Position numbers and translations under genes: made by a program. A DNA stretch of 62,419 nt, filler included, from Chiloscyllium plagiosum (lineage: Eukaryota): assembly GCF_004010195.1 (NCBI RefSeq). It is 5 parts of one record of this genome, joined end to end, with 100 filler letters (N's around TTAATTAATTAA, not from the genome) between each part and the next. Parts side by side here need not be neighbours in the genome. Positions count along the whole stretch, not along the records: positions 18,863 to 34,335 come from NC_057712.1; positions 34,436 to 52,990 come from NC_057712.1; 3 more parts are not named here. One strand, given 5' to 3'. Positions 26,041 to 38,194 of this stretch are shown here, in pieces; positions within the stretch are counted from its first letter, which is position 1; each line of letters begins with the position of its first letter. The notes beneath the pieces were generated by a model. It was given only the letters and a program-made list of their open reading frames with translations, had not been told where the DNA came from and ran no database searches.

Positions 26041-27679
26041 TACAGAGCACATCAGGATTTGTGCATTGTCATGACTCCTGTGTGAATACATTCAACTTGT
26101 GTAAAGGCCGCTTTCATATTTTTGGGTTGTGGACTTAAAGTTGGGAAGTTTTGCTGCTTTTTACTAAGGCACTGTGGAAGAAGATGTTACAGATTCAAGA
26201 AAAGTTTACCGCTATGCACTGTGAGCTGTATCAGTTATGTTGCCTGATTTGAGCAGTGGTGGGGCTTGGGGAGGATGTTAGACACCTCCACTCTGTGTGT
26301 GTGTGTGTGTTCAGGGAAGCTTTGCTTGTGTTTGAACCAGGACCAGCTGTGTATATTTCAGAGTGCTCAGCACAATGGCCACTTTCTCATTGGTTCCTGG
26401 ACAAGGGAATCCAAATTTCTTATTTGGGCCATCCAGCAGGAAGATCCAACCTGTGAGAAAGAAAGCACTGAAGTCCCTCCCCTGCACCTGCCACCTCTCC
26501 GCCTCCACCCCCTCCCCGCCAGGCACCCCACCCCCAACCAATCCCACCTTCCCAAGCAGTTGGCTACTCTCTATCTCCCTCTCTCTCTCTCCCTTTTGAA
26601 ATGGACAAGAGGGAAAACACTTTCAGAGACACTGAATCCTTAACTGGTGAATGAAAGATTGAGAATCAACATGTCCACAAACCCTTGTCCTCTAAGGGTA
26701 AAATGGAATTCAGAGGGAACCGAAGAGCAACAGCTCAGCAATGCCTGTAATCTGGACTGGTGCCAGGACTGTGCTCCACTGTCTTCATCTCCGCTCTTTC
26801 ATCACCAGTAATATTTGTATCATGTCTCTTTCTGTGTACGGGTCACAGTTTAAAAATAAATGGTTGTCCATTTGAAAACGAGGTGAGGAAACATGTTTTT
26901 CTCCCAGAGGATTGAGAGTCTTTGGAATTCCCTTATTCAAAAGGCAGGATCTTTAGATTTTTTTTAAGACAGAGGCAGATGGATTCTTGATTACTAAGGA
27001 GATGAAAGATTATTGGGGAAATGCAGGGTTGAGGTTAAAATCAGGTCAGCCACAATCTTATTGAATGGCGGAGTATTCTTGAAGGACCAAGTGGCCTAGT
27101 CTTTTCACTGTTGATATGTTTGCAGATGGGTGGGAATTTCTTAAAGGGGTAAAATTAAAGTTATAGAGTTATAAGTTAGCATTTCATATTTCTCTTCTGT
27201 CATTAGATACAGTCCCTTTGCGGTGAATAGTATTTTTTTTAAGTTCAGAAACCTGACTGGTGTCCTTCAGTCAGATCGATTAGAGGAATTCGGATTGTTT
27301 GATTAAATCACTTTTTATTTATAATGACTTCAGGAATAGTAGGGCTTGATTTCCTGTGCCCTGCCCCAGTGACAAAATTACAAAATGTATTTTTTTAAAA
27401 AAATGGTGTTTTTGTATGAATGCATTTGTGAATTATGTTGTTCTCTGTGTGTGTGAGAGAGAGAGAGACCTGCAGATGTCTCACCTACAGATACAAAGGG
27501 AACTTCTAACAAAAGCCCTTCAAAGTGACACGGAGACGCAAGTCTAAAGAGACTGGTAGTATTGTAGGGCAGCCTTTTCGGGAATGATACCCAGAATTAG
27601 ACAGGAAAGGATAAAAAGTGCAAATGTGAGAGAAAAAAACAAATGGATGAAAGGGGGAAAATGGTAGAAAGGCAAAATG

Positions 27680-28310
27680 AATGGTTCTTTATTTAAATGC
27701 ATGCTGCATTCAGAACAAAATAATGGATATGAACTTATAAGCGGTTATTGAGACATGATTACAAGGAAGTCAAAACTAGAAACTAAATATTCAGAGATAT
27801 GCGACTTTTCAAAAGGAAAAGAGAGAAAGGAAAAGCTTGAAGCGTCGTTTTCTTAGTGTGGGATGGAATAAGTAGCATATGATCTTGAATTGGAAGTTGT
27901 AGAGTCCATATGGGTGGAGGTCAGAAGTAACAAAGGGAAAGTGACACTACTAAGAATTGTCTTTAGTCTCTGACAGTAGCTATATTGAAGGGTACATAAT
28001 AAATCAGGAGATAAAAAGGGCATGGAAAAAAAGGAGGTACATTAATTGGAGGTGAATTTTATCTTCATGCAGACTGGGAAAATCATATTTCTAAAGGTAG
28101 CTACAGGGAAGAATTCATACAGTATATTCAGGACATTTTCCTAGAACAATATGTTGTAGATCCAAAGAGGAATCGGGCTATTTTGGGTCTGGTATTATGT
28201 AGTGATGCAGGTTTCACAAAATATGTTGGATTATAAGTGATCATGACATCATAGAATTTAGTATTCAGTTTGAGAATGAGAAACATGGGTTGGAGACAAC
28301 TGAAAGAATC
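27680..28310 (+). mobile_element. Decayed CR1 APE domain
   Basis: YLNA, VIET.LQ, ESIWVEV, GG.F.L, SDHDII motifs with frameshifts. Confidence 0.65.
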
Positions 28311-28579
28311 AACTAATGGAAGGTTTAGTATTAACCTTAACCTTGATTGTAAAATCATTCGTTTTTGGCTTACATTTCGTGCTGTCCTTCTTACGAGTAA
28401 GATTATTTCCTGACAAGAACTTTCTCATTCTGGACTTTTGTACAGAGTCCGAATCTCAACATTAAGTATTTCTGTCCTTAGATAAGGAGACCATAGTTAG
28501 GCACACTACTTCAGGTTCAATCCAGCATGTACTTTGCATTATTTGGAATAGTAGGTTTACACATTTCACTGTTTGATGT

Positions 28580-28744
28580 TTATTTTTTTTCATCATGAAA
28601 GTTATTTCCATTAGCCCATTTTTGTTAAACAAACTGATGTAAAAAAATGTCTTATCAAATTGTTAGTTGTCCTGTTCCATGTCCTTCATAAACTTAATCA
28701 CATGTTCTTCATATTGCTGTCCTTCATATTTCTTGTTAAAAGTC
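28580..28744 (-). pseudogene. SOUL/HEBP2-like last coding exon with in-frame stop
   Basis: Acceptor cttaattctgctgcag|G (phase 2, completes AG|G Arg). Reads TFNKKYEGQQYEEHVIKFMKDMEQDN*QFDKTFFYISLFNKNGLMEITFMMKK, resembling the HEBP2 C-terminal exon. TAA at 28663-28665. Confidence 0.75.
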
Positions 28745-29875
28745 CTGCAGCAGAATTAAGAATGCAGAATGTTAATGTTCTGGACCAAAGTGGATTAGCA
28801 GGACAATAGGAACAGGAGACGTTCATTCAGCCCTTTGAGCAGCCTCTGCTCAGTTTGCTCAATGATACACTGATAATGGAGAACAAAATGGGCAGATACG
28901 AGGCAGATGAGAAGGGGGAAGTGAAGTAATTTGCAGAAAGTTTAAAGGGTGGCAGGCAAAATTTAATAGCAGTCCAAACGTGTGTGCAGAAAGAAGACAG
29001 CACTTATCGAAAGAATGGTTAGCAAAGTACTTGGGCCCTTGAAGTTAATAAATGGTGACACTGAGTACAATGAAGGGAAGATAAGCTGAATCTTCATAAA
29101 GTTCTGGATAAGACATGACTAGAGTTTTGTGTTCACTTGTAATTATCACACTTTAGGAAAGTTATGAAGGGACTTCAGAGGGTAATGAGAGACTTACTGG
29201 AATGGTTCGAGGACGGAGGGTTTTAGCAAGAGGTTGAAGTTGGAGAGTCTTGAGTTGTTCTTCTTTGAATAAAGGAGTTTGAAGGACAATTGATTGGAGG
29301 CTGTATGAGGTTATAACAGCATGGGTTATTAATGGTACAGAAATGAGAGCACAGATTTATGGCTTTGAGCAAATGATGTAAGAGAGATATGAAGATTTTT
29401 TTTTCTTTGCTTATGAGATGTTGGTGTTACTGGGCCAATGTTTATTGCCCATCCCTAGTTGTCCTTGAGATGGTGGTGGTGGGCTATGTTCTTGAACCAC
29501 TGCAGCCAGTTACTGTAGTAGTCCCACAACACTGTTCGGGAGGGAATTTTGACCAAGCCACACTGAGGAACAATAATATGTTCCCAAATCGGTATGGTGA
29601 GTGGCTCAGAGGGAATTTGCACATTGTTCTTCCAGATGGGAGTGGTCATGGGTTTGGAACTCGCTGTCTAAGGTGAATTCTGCATTACATCTTGTAGTTG
29701 GCACACTACTGAGCATTGGCATTATAGGGAGTAGGTGTGTGGTGATATGGTGTAATTCGAGGAGGTAGCTTTGACCTGGATGGGGTCAAGCTTCTTGAGT
29801 GTTGTTGGAGCTGCACTCATCCAAGCAAGTGGGGAGTATTCCACCACATTCCTGATTTGGGCCTTGCAGATGGTG

Positions 29876-31455
29876 GGAGAAAGTGAAGGCTGCAGATGCT
29901 GGAGATCAGAGTCAAGAATGTGGTACTGGAAAAGCTCAGCCGGTCAGGCAGCATCTGAGGAGCAGGAGAGTCGATGTTTCCGGCATAAACCCATCATCAG
30001 GAATGAGGCTTGGGGTTGGAGAGATAAATCGGAGGGGAAATGGGCTGGATCCTGTGTGGTTATGGAGTGCCAAAATCTTCCTCCAGATGTCAGGTGGTTG
30101 CGGTTTGACGATGGAGGGCGCCCAGCATCTCCATGTCCATGGTGGAGTGGGAGGGGGTGTGAAAGTTTTTGGCCACAGGGAGATGGGGTTGCTCCGTGCG
30201 TGTGTCCCGGAGATGTTCTCTGAAGTGTCCTGCGAGTAGGCATCCTGTCTTCCCAGTGTAGAGGAGATCGCATCGAATACAGTATGTGACATTTGTGGAA
30301 GTGTAGGTGAAACATTAATGGATGTGAAAGGCCCCTTTGGGGTCTTGGATGGAGGTGAGGGGGGGAGGTGTGGGCACAGGTTTTGCAATTCCTGCGGTGG
30401 CAGGGGAAGGTGCCGGGTAGGGAGGGTGGGATGGTGGGGGGCATTGACCTGACAAGGGAGTCAAGGAGGGAACGGTCTTTCCAGAAGGCAAATAGAGGTG
30501 GGGAGGGAAATAGATCTCTGGTGGTGGGGTCCGTTTGTAGGTTGTGGAAATGGTGGAGATGTATCCGGACATTGGTGGGGTGGAATGTGAGGACTGGGGG
30601 ATTCTGTCCTTGTTGCAATTAGAGGGGAGGGGTTTGAGGGCAGAGGTGCGGGAAGAATGTGATGTGCTGGAGGGCATCATCAACCACGTGGGAAGGGAAA
30701 TTGTGGTCTTTGAAGATGGTGTGTTCTGTGGTGGAACTGTTCCTCCTGGGAGCTGATGCAGTGGAGACAGAGGAATTGGGAATAAGGGAAAGCGTTTTTA
30801 CAGGAAGCAGGGTGGGAGGAGGTGTAGTTCAGGTAGCTGAGGGAGTCGGTGGGTTTGTAGAAGATGTCAGTGTTGGGTCGGTCACCGTTGATGGAGGTGG
30901 AGAGGTCCAGGAAGGAGAGGGAGGTGTCAGAGATGGGCCAGATGAACTGAGGTCAGGGTTGGATGTGTTGGTGAAATTGATGAACTGTTCAACCTCGTGG
31001 GAGCATGAAGTGTCGCCAATACAGCCATCAATGTAGCAGAGGAAAAGGTGGAGAATAGTGCCAGTGTAGCAGCGGGAGATGAACTGTCTCACATGCCCAA
31101 TGAAGAGACAGGCACAGCTGGGGCACATGCGGGTGCCCATGGCTACTCCTTTGGTCTGGAGGAAGTGGGAGGATTCAAAGGAGAAATTATTGAGGTGAGG
31201 ACCAGTTCAGCCAAATGAATAAGAGTGTCGCTGGAAGGGTACTGGTGGGGGCGGCGGGAGAGGAAGAAATGGAGGGCTTGGAGGCCCTGGTCATCGCGAA
31301 TGGAGGTGTATAGGGACTGGATGTCCATGGTGAAGGTGAGGCATTGGGGGCCAGGGAAACAAAAGTCATAGAGGAGATGGAGGGTGTGGGTGGTGTCCTG
31401 AACATAAGTGGGGAATCTTTGGACTGGGGGAATAGGACAGTATCAAATTATGTAG
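29876..31455 (-). mobile_element. Penelope-like retroelement RT to 3' terminal fragment
   Basis: MDIQSLYTSI, GVAMGTRMCPSCACLF, CYIDGCIG, GTFPCHRRNCKTC. Terminal repeat with hammerhead-like core near 29970-30000. Confidence 0.9.
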
Positions 31456-32986
31456 GTGTAGATGTTGGACAGGCTTTGGGGATTTACTCAGTGCATGATT
31501 CCCAACATTTCAGTATTCCCAGTGCAGCAGCACCCAACAGAGGGTGTCAGTGAGAAGTGACTGAGGAGGTTTCTGAGAGAGGTCAGCTCAGTCACCATGA
31601 CAAGGGGGTCACGAAAGACCTGCTGTCAAAGAACTAGTGAACCACTGGATTAATAAGATTGGAGAACAAAATAAATGGCAGACTGTGAAATATGAATTCA
31701 ATAAGAAAATCTGGAATTAAGAATTAATAATGATGATGAGCCACAATCGACTGTTAGTAAAACCTATCCATTTGACTAATGTCCTTTCGGCGAGGAAATT
31801 TTCTCTCCTTACCTGGTGTGGCCTGCAAGTGACTCCAGACCCATAGCAATGTGGTTGACCCTCTGGGCAATTAGGAATAGTCAATAAATGCTAGCCTAGC
31901 CAGTGACATCAACATTCTGTGGGTGAATGATTGAAAAGAAGTGTCCTGAAAGAATCATCTGCTCCTCCCTGTTTATAGAGGGAGTTTAGTACTTTCTAAA
32001 ACTGAGAGATTGTTCCTCATGCAACCACTTGTGTAATTGTGCCATCTACATTTTAATCCTGCGGCCCCCCACCCCGACCAGTATATGGTCTACTCAAAGA
32101 AAGGATCACCCCGACTATCCAAAACCTCGGAAATATACCTCCTACACCATTGTTTCTAGTGGTTCTGTGTCTGAGGACTGATCAATGTACCTTAGTTCCT
32201 GGAGAAAATTATTTTTCATGGGCTGGCTGGGTATTCATAGGCCCAAAATCCCAGAAATCTCCCCCCCCCCCCCACAATAATTTAAATAGACTGGAAGACC
32301 AGGCCATCATTTTCCCAACCACAGTCTCTGTAATCACTCTTTAAGCCCAGTGTGGATACCCTATTGATGAAAAAAACTGGATGACAGCTCATTCCAAAGG
32401 GAGGGCCCTGTCTACATTGGGATGTGCTGTGGGATTGAGCTTTTTAATGAATATAATTGATGCTGAGTTAGAGAATATTGACTGTGCCCAGCTCTGAGCT
32501 TCTCTGTGATCAATAAATCGCACTGACATCCATTGCCTGGTCACATATATGGAAAATATATTCTACAGGGAATGAGTGGGCCAGGAACATTGAAACAGTG
32601 TCATTTATGGCTAAGAGGAGGGTAGAGCTGACAAAGAGATATTGAAAGCAAATACAGTAAAATAGAACATCAGACATCTCATTGAAACCTTGGGTCACCC
32701 GCTAACAAAAGGATAGCTTCCTGAAATATGGACCATGCTGCAGATGAGAATTTCAGAATCCAGGAGCCAGCTCTGTGTGAACTGGAGTAATGTGAATGTG
32801 GAGGACTGGCTGTGTTCTCAGGAGGTGGAGCTGCAGATTGTGAGATATGAACCACTCCACAACACCATTCATATTGACCAATGTCCCAGTGTAACTGGAT
32901 GGTCCTGTTAATCTCAGTCTGACCCAGAATGAAATTATGGTGACATAAAGAAACATCAATCACAATATTTCAGCAACAAAACTCAC

Positions 32987-33161
32987 CTGATATAGAACCA
33001 ACTGCATTGTACTTTCCCTAGCTTAACCGGTTGATCTGTGTGTACAGGTGGACTTGTGACTCGGTTGGATATAATCAGATATACAATCAGTCGCTGCTGG
33101 ATCTTGCCATTGACCAAAAAGCCAATAACACCCCAAGGTGCAGTGACAGGAACAATTGTTT
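32987..33161 (-). pseudogene. SOUL/HEBP2-like internal exon (175 bp, phase 1 to 2)
   Basis: Acceptor ttctcctttatctacag, donor AG|gtgagt. Reads (E)TIVPVTAPWGVIGF...SPPVHTDQPVKLGKVQCSWFYIR, with the SOUL MTAP-like and PP.P.D.V motifs. Confidence 0.8.
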
Positions 33162-33199
33162 CTGTAGATAAAGGAGAACCCTGTTCCAGCATTTTACTC

Positions 33200-34020
33200 G
33201 GTGAGCATTTGTGACGTCACTTACAGTGAGTCAGAGGTTCCGGGTGAGGGGGCAGGGTGAGTTCATGTATGTCTGGACATCAGAGTGCGTCTAGGAAAAA
33301 TTAACAAAATTCACAGCTGACCTTGGAAGAACTTGTGTGGGAGAGTTCGCACCACAGGAACAGATAATAGATTTTACATTTAACCTTGCTGTAAGTCTGT
33401 AGAGTGGGCCCTTCCTTTATTATATGTTTTATTGAGATCTGTCTCTTTATTAAATATTAAATATATAAACCATAAGTACTAAGACAGGAGCACTTTTTTC
33501 AGAGCAAGAAGATCGTGCTATTTTCTGGGTCTGTAGATTATGAAGGAGCAATGATGGCCTTTAGTAGAGTGATATGCTCTTCCTGTTGGATTTGGGAGTT
33601 TAGGGAGAATTTCCATGTTACTGATGATAATGTCTGCAGGAAGTGTTATTGGTTGCAAATCCTATCAGATTGCATGGGTTGGTTGGAGTGGCAGTTAGTG
33701 CAATGCAGAATTTACAAGAGCTAGAGGGTGTGATGGATGGCAGTTATAGGAAGGAAGAAAAGCTGCAGATACAGTCAGGTTGATGGGTTAACTCCAGGAA
33801 AAGTAGGAGAGGTAGGCAGGCAGTGCAGGAGTCTTCTGTAGCTATCCCCATTTCAAACAAGCATGCTGTTTTGGAAAATGTAGGGTGTGATGGACTTTCA
33901 AAGGAATGTAGCACGTACAGCTAAGTTTCTGGTATCAAGACTGGCTCTAATTTAATGAGGGATACATTGGGTTCCAAGCACTCAATTGTGAATGGGGAGT
34001 CTCTAGTCAGAGGCACAGAT
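33200..34020 (+). mobile_element. CR1 5' UTR and ORF1 start, degenerate
   Basis: VICSSCWIWE..VCRKC zinc-finger-like ORF1 start. Homologous by eye to the minus-strand copy near 860-1200. Confidence 0.8.
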
Positions 34021-34335
34021 ACAGAGGAACCTCAATTGTCTGAAAGAGATGGGCTGGCACTATTTCATTCGGATAATCGATTATTCAGTTAATCGATTCA
34101 ATGCCTTTTCTCTGGAGCTTGGAGTTTTCTGTAGACTCTGCTTCCTGTTCAGGAGAGGAGGCAGCATCACAACGCATGCGAGGTCCTGCCCCCTCCAACC
34201 CAACAACCCCCTCCAGCCCCCAACACACCCAACACCGTCCCCTGCCCACGACCCCAAACACTTTCCAACACTGCCACCCTGCCCGTCCCCCAACCCCATC
34301 CAACACAGCCCCCCCCCCCCCGCCCAGCCGCCCCG
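34021..34335. mobile_element. Possible Tc1/mariner-type MITE end plus C-rich tandem repeat
   Basis: Interrupts the CR1 at a TA followed by cagaggaacctc.... The other end is lost in the gap. Confidence 0.35.
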
Positions 34336-34435
34336 NNNNNNNNNNNNNNNNNNNNNNNNNNNNNNNNNNNNNNNNNNNNTTAATTAATTAANNNNNNNNN
34401 NNNNNNNNNNNNNNNNNNNNNNNNNNNNNNNNNNN
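34336..34435. other. Artificial gap linker
   Basis: 44 N + TTAATTAATTAA + 44 N. Confidence 0.98.
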
Positions 34436-34508
34436 GTCCAACACCACCCCACCACACTTTCCCATCCCTGTCCAACACCGCCCCCCCCACCCCCAACCCC
34501 GTCCAACA

Positions 34509-34927
34509 GTGAGTATACTTAAAAAGGAAATCAGGATGGCAAAAGGGGGACATGAGATAGCTTTGGCAAATAGGGTTAAGAAGAATCCAAGGGATTTTAT
34601 AAATACATTAAGGACAAAAGGGTAACTAGGGAGAGAATAGATCCCCTCAAAGATCAGCAAGGCAGACTTTGTGTAGAGCCGCAGGAGATGGGGGAGATAC
34701 TAAATTAGTGTTCTGCTTCAGTGCTTACTGTGGAAAAGGATATAGAAGATATAGACTGTAGGGACATAGATGGTGACATCTTGAAAAATATCCATATTAC
34801 AGAAAAGGTAGTGCTGGATGTCTTGAAATGCATAAAAGTGGATAAGTCCCCAGGACCTGATCAGGTGTACCCTGGAACTCTGAAGGACGCCAAGGAAATG
34901 ATTGCTGGGCCCCTTGCTGAGATACTT
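34509..34927 (+). mobile_element. CR1 ORF2 fragment
   Basis: IKVDKSPGPDQVYP..IAGPLAEI. Confidence 0.85.
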
Positions 34928-35228
34928 GGAATAAGAGCCTTTATTGTAGCAGGACCATTCAGTGGCCATAGCTGGCGATATACTGTGTTTGAAAGCCCAC
35001 TCCCACCATTTGTGAGAAACCTTCTCTGATTCTAGCACTGTAGACCTTGTATTTATCAAAACAGTTGCCAAATTGACAACTCTATTCAAACGTGAAAAAT
35101 CAATCCTCTGATATTCACAATTATTGCATTATTTAGTCAGTCTATGCAGAAAGTTTCAAAAAGAAACATTAAAGAATAAAGCAATGTTTTATATCTAGTT
35201 GACACTTTGAAGGAATAACTGATGTAAC

Positions 35229-35358
35229 CTTTAGCATTGTAAAACTGTGAATAATTGAGAAGTTTTTTCAAGCCAATATCAATTGCACTATTTATATCCA
35301 TTCCATCAAGCTCTGTTTCAATCCATTGGACAGAAGAGAATTCCACCTTTTTATAATC
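35229..35358 (-). pseudogene. SOUL/HEBP2-like internal exon (130 bp, phase 0 to 1)
   Basis: Acceptor catttttctcttcttgtctaag, donor G|gttaca. Reads DYKKVEFSSVQWIETELDGMDINSAIDIGLKKLLNYSQFYNAK, matching the SOUL YE.R.Y...W..T...GF.KL..Y.QG.N pattern. Confidence 0.8.
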
Positions 35359-35551
35359 CTTAGACAAGAAGAGAAAAATGTGTTACCATATGGCACAACT
35401 GAACTGCCTCAGAGAAACATCAATAATGGGAGGATCATACGAACTGTAAAAATCCCTTTTACATTTTTTTGGAACTGTGGACAAGAAGGAAAAAAAAAAC
35501 AACTTTAAACCAAGGAAGCTGTGTAAGAAGATGTTTGCAGCATTAAAAATG

Positions 35552-35861
35552 GTGCACGGTGGCACGGTGGTTAGCACTGCTGCCTCGCAGCGTCAGAGAC
35601 CTGGGTTCAATTCCCGCCTCAGGCGACTGACTGTGTGGAGCTTGCATGTTCTCCCCGTGTCTGCGTGGGTTTCCTCCAGGTGCTCCAGTTTCCTCCCACA
35701 GTCAAAAAAATGTGCGGGTTAGGTGAGTTGACCGTGCTAAATTGCCTGTAGTGTTAGGTGAAGGTGTAAATTTAGGGGTCTGGGTGGGTTGCACTTCGGC
35801 GGGTCGGTGTGGACTTGTTGGGCCGAAGGGCCTGTTTCCACACTGTAAGTAATCTAATCTT
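35552..35861 (+). mobile_element. HE1-type tRNA SINE
   Basis: A box tggcacggtggtt, B box ggttcaattcc, tail gtaatctaatct. Confidence 0.88.
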
Positions 35862-35929
35862 ATAGGAGTACATTGAGAGTTATATACAGAAAGCTGCTTT
35901 AATCCAGCAGTGAGGGAAAATTCTAGACA

Positions 35930-36184
35930 AATTGACTGTGTGTGTGTGTGTCTTTGTCTGTGTCAGTGTGTGTGTATATGTGTGTGTGGGTGTTTGTGTG
36001 TATGTGGGTGTGTGTGTGTTGTGGGCAATTTTTCCACAGACAGTCATTATTGGAGACTCAGGAGATTCCACAGAATAACAACCATGTGATTGGTTCCTGG
36101 ATATGTAGTTAAAGCCTTGTGTGTGGACAATGCAGTAGAAACATCCAATCGGCAAGGAGAATGCCTCCATGTCTCATTCTCTCC
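35930..36184 (-). pseudogene. Putative decayed first coding exon (signal peptide) of the SOUL-like gene
   Basis: Acceptor tttcttttatttctccatgcaaaagcag at 36185, preceded by a 75-bp intron with gtaagt at 36259. ATG at 36177. Removing one base gives MRHGGILLAIGCFYCIVHTQG. Interrupted by (CA)n; no donor found. Confidence 0.45.
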
Positions 36185-36272
36185 CTGCTTTTGCATGGAG
36201 AAATAAAAGAAAGTTCCAAAGTAGTGAGGTGTTCTCCCTCACCTTTCTGAGAAACTTACCGTCTCTGCAAGT

Positions 36273-37172
36273 TCAAATTTGTGGATGACACTGAGGTAAG
36301 CAGAGTTGTGGATAATGCCGAAGGATGTTGTGGGTTATAGAGGGACATAGATAAGATGCAGAGCTGTGCTGTGAAGTGGCAAATGGATTTTAATGCAAAA
36401 ATGTGTGAGGTAGTTCACTTTGGAAGAAGTAACAGGAATGCAGAGTACTGGGCTAATGGTAAAATTCTTGGCAGTGTGGATGAATATGGATATCTCGGTG
36501 TCCGGGTGCATAAATCCCCGAAAGTTGCCACCCAGGTTGATAGGGTTGTTAAGAAGGCATATGGTGTGTTGGTGTTTATTGGTGGGGGATTGGGTTTCAG
36601 AGCCATGAGGTCATGCTTCAGCTGCACAAGACACTGGTAAGGCTGTGCCTGGAGTATTTCATGCAGTTCTGGTCACCACATTATAGGAAGGATGTGGAAG
36701 CTTTGGAAAGGGTTCACAGAAGATTTACTGGGATGTTGCCTGGTATGGAAGGAAAGTCTTATGAGGAAAGGCTGAGGGAACTGAGGCTGTTTTCGTTGGA
36801 GAGAAGAAGGTTGAGAGGTGACTTAATCGAGACATATAAGACAATCAAAGGATTGGATAAGGTGGAGAGTGAGAGCCTTTTTCTTTGAATGGTGAAGGCT
36901 AACACATAGCTGTAAATCGAGGGGTGATAGATTTAGGATAGATATCAGGGGTAGTTTCTTCACTCAGAAAGTAGTAGGGGTGTGGAACGGCCTGCCTGCA
37001 ACAGTAGTAGACTCGCCAATGTTAAGGGCATTTAAATGAGCATTGGACATACATATGGGTAATAATGGAACAGTGTAGGTTAGATGGACATCAGATTAAT
37101 TTCACAGACTTGTGCAACATTGAGGGCCAAAGGGCCTGTACTGCGCTGTAACGTTCTATGTTCTATGTTCTA
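36273..37172 (+). mobile_element. CR1 3' fragment with (ttctatg)n tail
   Basis: [43 protein letters not shown]. Confidence 0.92.
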
Positions 37173-38194
37173 TCCACTATCGAACGGGAAAAGTAAGCAG
37201 AAAAACACCTTTTCATGTAAGACCGAGAATCAATGTATCCACAACCTTGAGACATCAGCAAAGGGTTGGAAGGAATCAAAATGAATTCAAAGTCGCTGAA
37301 AGAAAAGAACTCATCAATGTCAGGGATCCAGAACTGGGCTTCTCGGACTCTTTTTCTTTCCTTTCCCACCCATAATACTTAGGTCTCTATGTGGATGCAT
37401 TGTATGTAGATGGGAATTTTAAGGTATAGAATTTAAGGGATAGAATTATAGATTAGCAACTCACTTGCCTGTTTTCTTTTTCCATTGATTAAAAACAATT
37501 AGATTCCAATAAATAGCTATTTTCTTGTTCATGGAATAATCCCAGTGTGCATATTCTTTTAACCTGAGACAGTTGAGCAGAATTGGACAACTCGGTCCTG
37601 AAATCACATTTTTCACATTTGTGATGTCTATCTAAACAATGGGGCTTGATTTCCAGTGCACTGTCCTAGTGAGCTGTGACATGGGCTCCCCCATTGTGCT
37701 AATAGCAAGTACATCTCCGATTGCCTGGCCTGGAAACAGAGTTTGGAGCTTTTAATGAGACTCCTGACACCAGTAACTTTCGATTCGTTTGCATTTTCTC
37801 TCAGTCCTTTCTCTTTGGTGTTGTCCTGCAGACTGAGCTTTCCCCCCTTCCCCCTGAGGTTGCATTAACCAAATCCAGAGAATGTCATTGAAAGGTTTTT
37901 ACATTAAATCAGTATTAAGCACCATAGATATCGTATTCCTCTGTGTGTTTTAACATATTAATTAGACAGACAAGTTTAAATGGGGGTATACAATTTCCTA
38001 GCTTCTTGGGAGAAATCCAGGAGAAAAAGAATACATTTAATCAGAACATATCCCTGAACACCAACATTGAAAATACTCCCCACCAATTAAAATAACTCTG
38101 ATTTTATTCTTTCACTCAAGTGAATAATGTTAATTTTCCCACATTACAATCCATGTTTAACCCATTCTCTTAACTCCTCTATATTTCTTGGCAG

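Noticed and set aside
28663..28665. Recoding (selenocysteine or readthrough) at the SOUL in-frame stop
   Set aside because: The codon is TAA, not TGA, and other apparent lesions in the gene point to decay.
35552..35625. tRNA gene
   Set aside because: The A and B boxes are the head of a multi-copy SINE that continues into a SINE body and tail.
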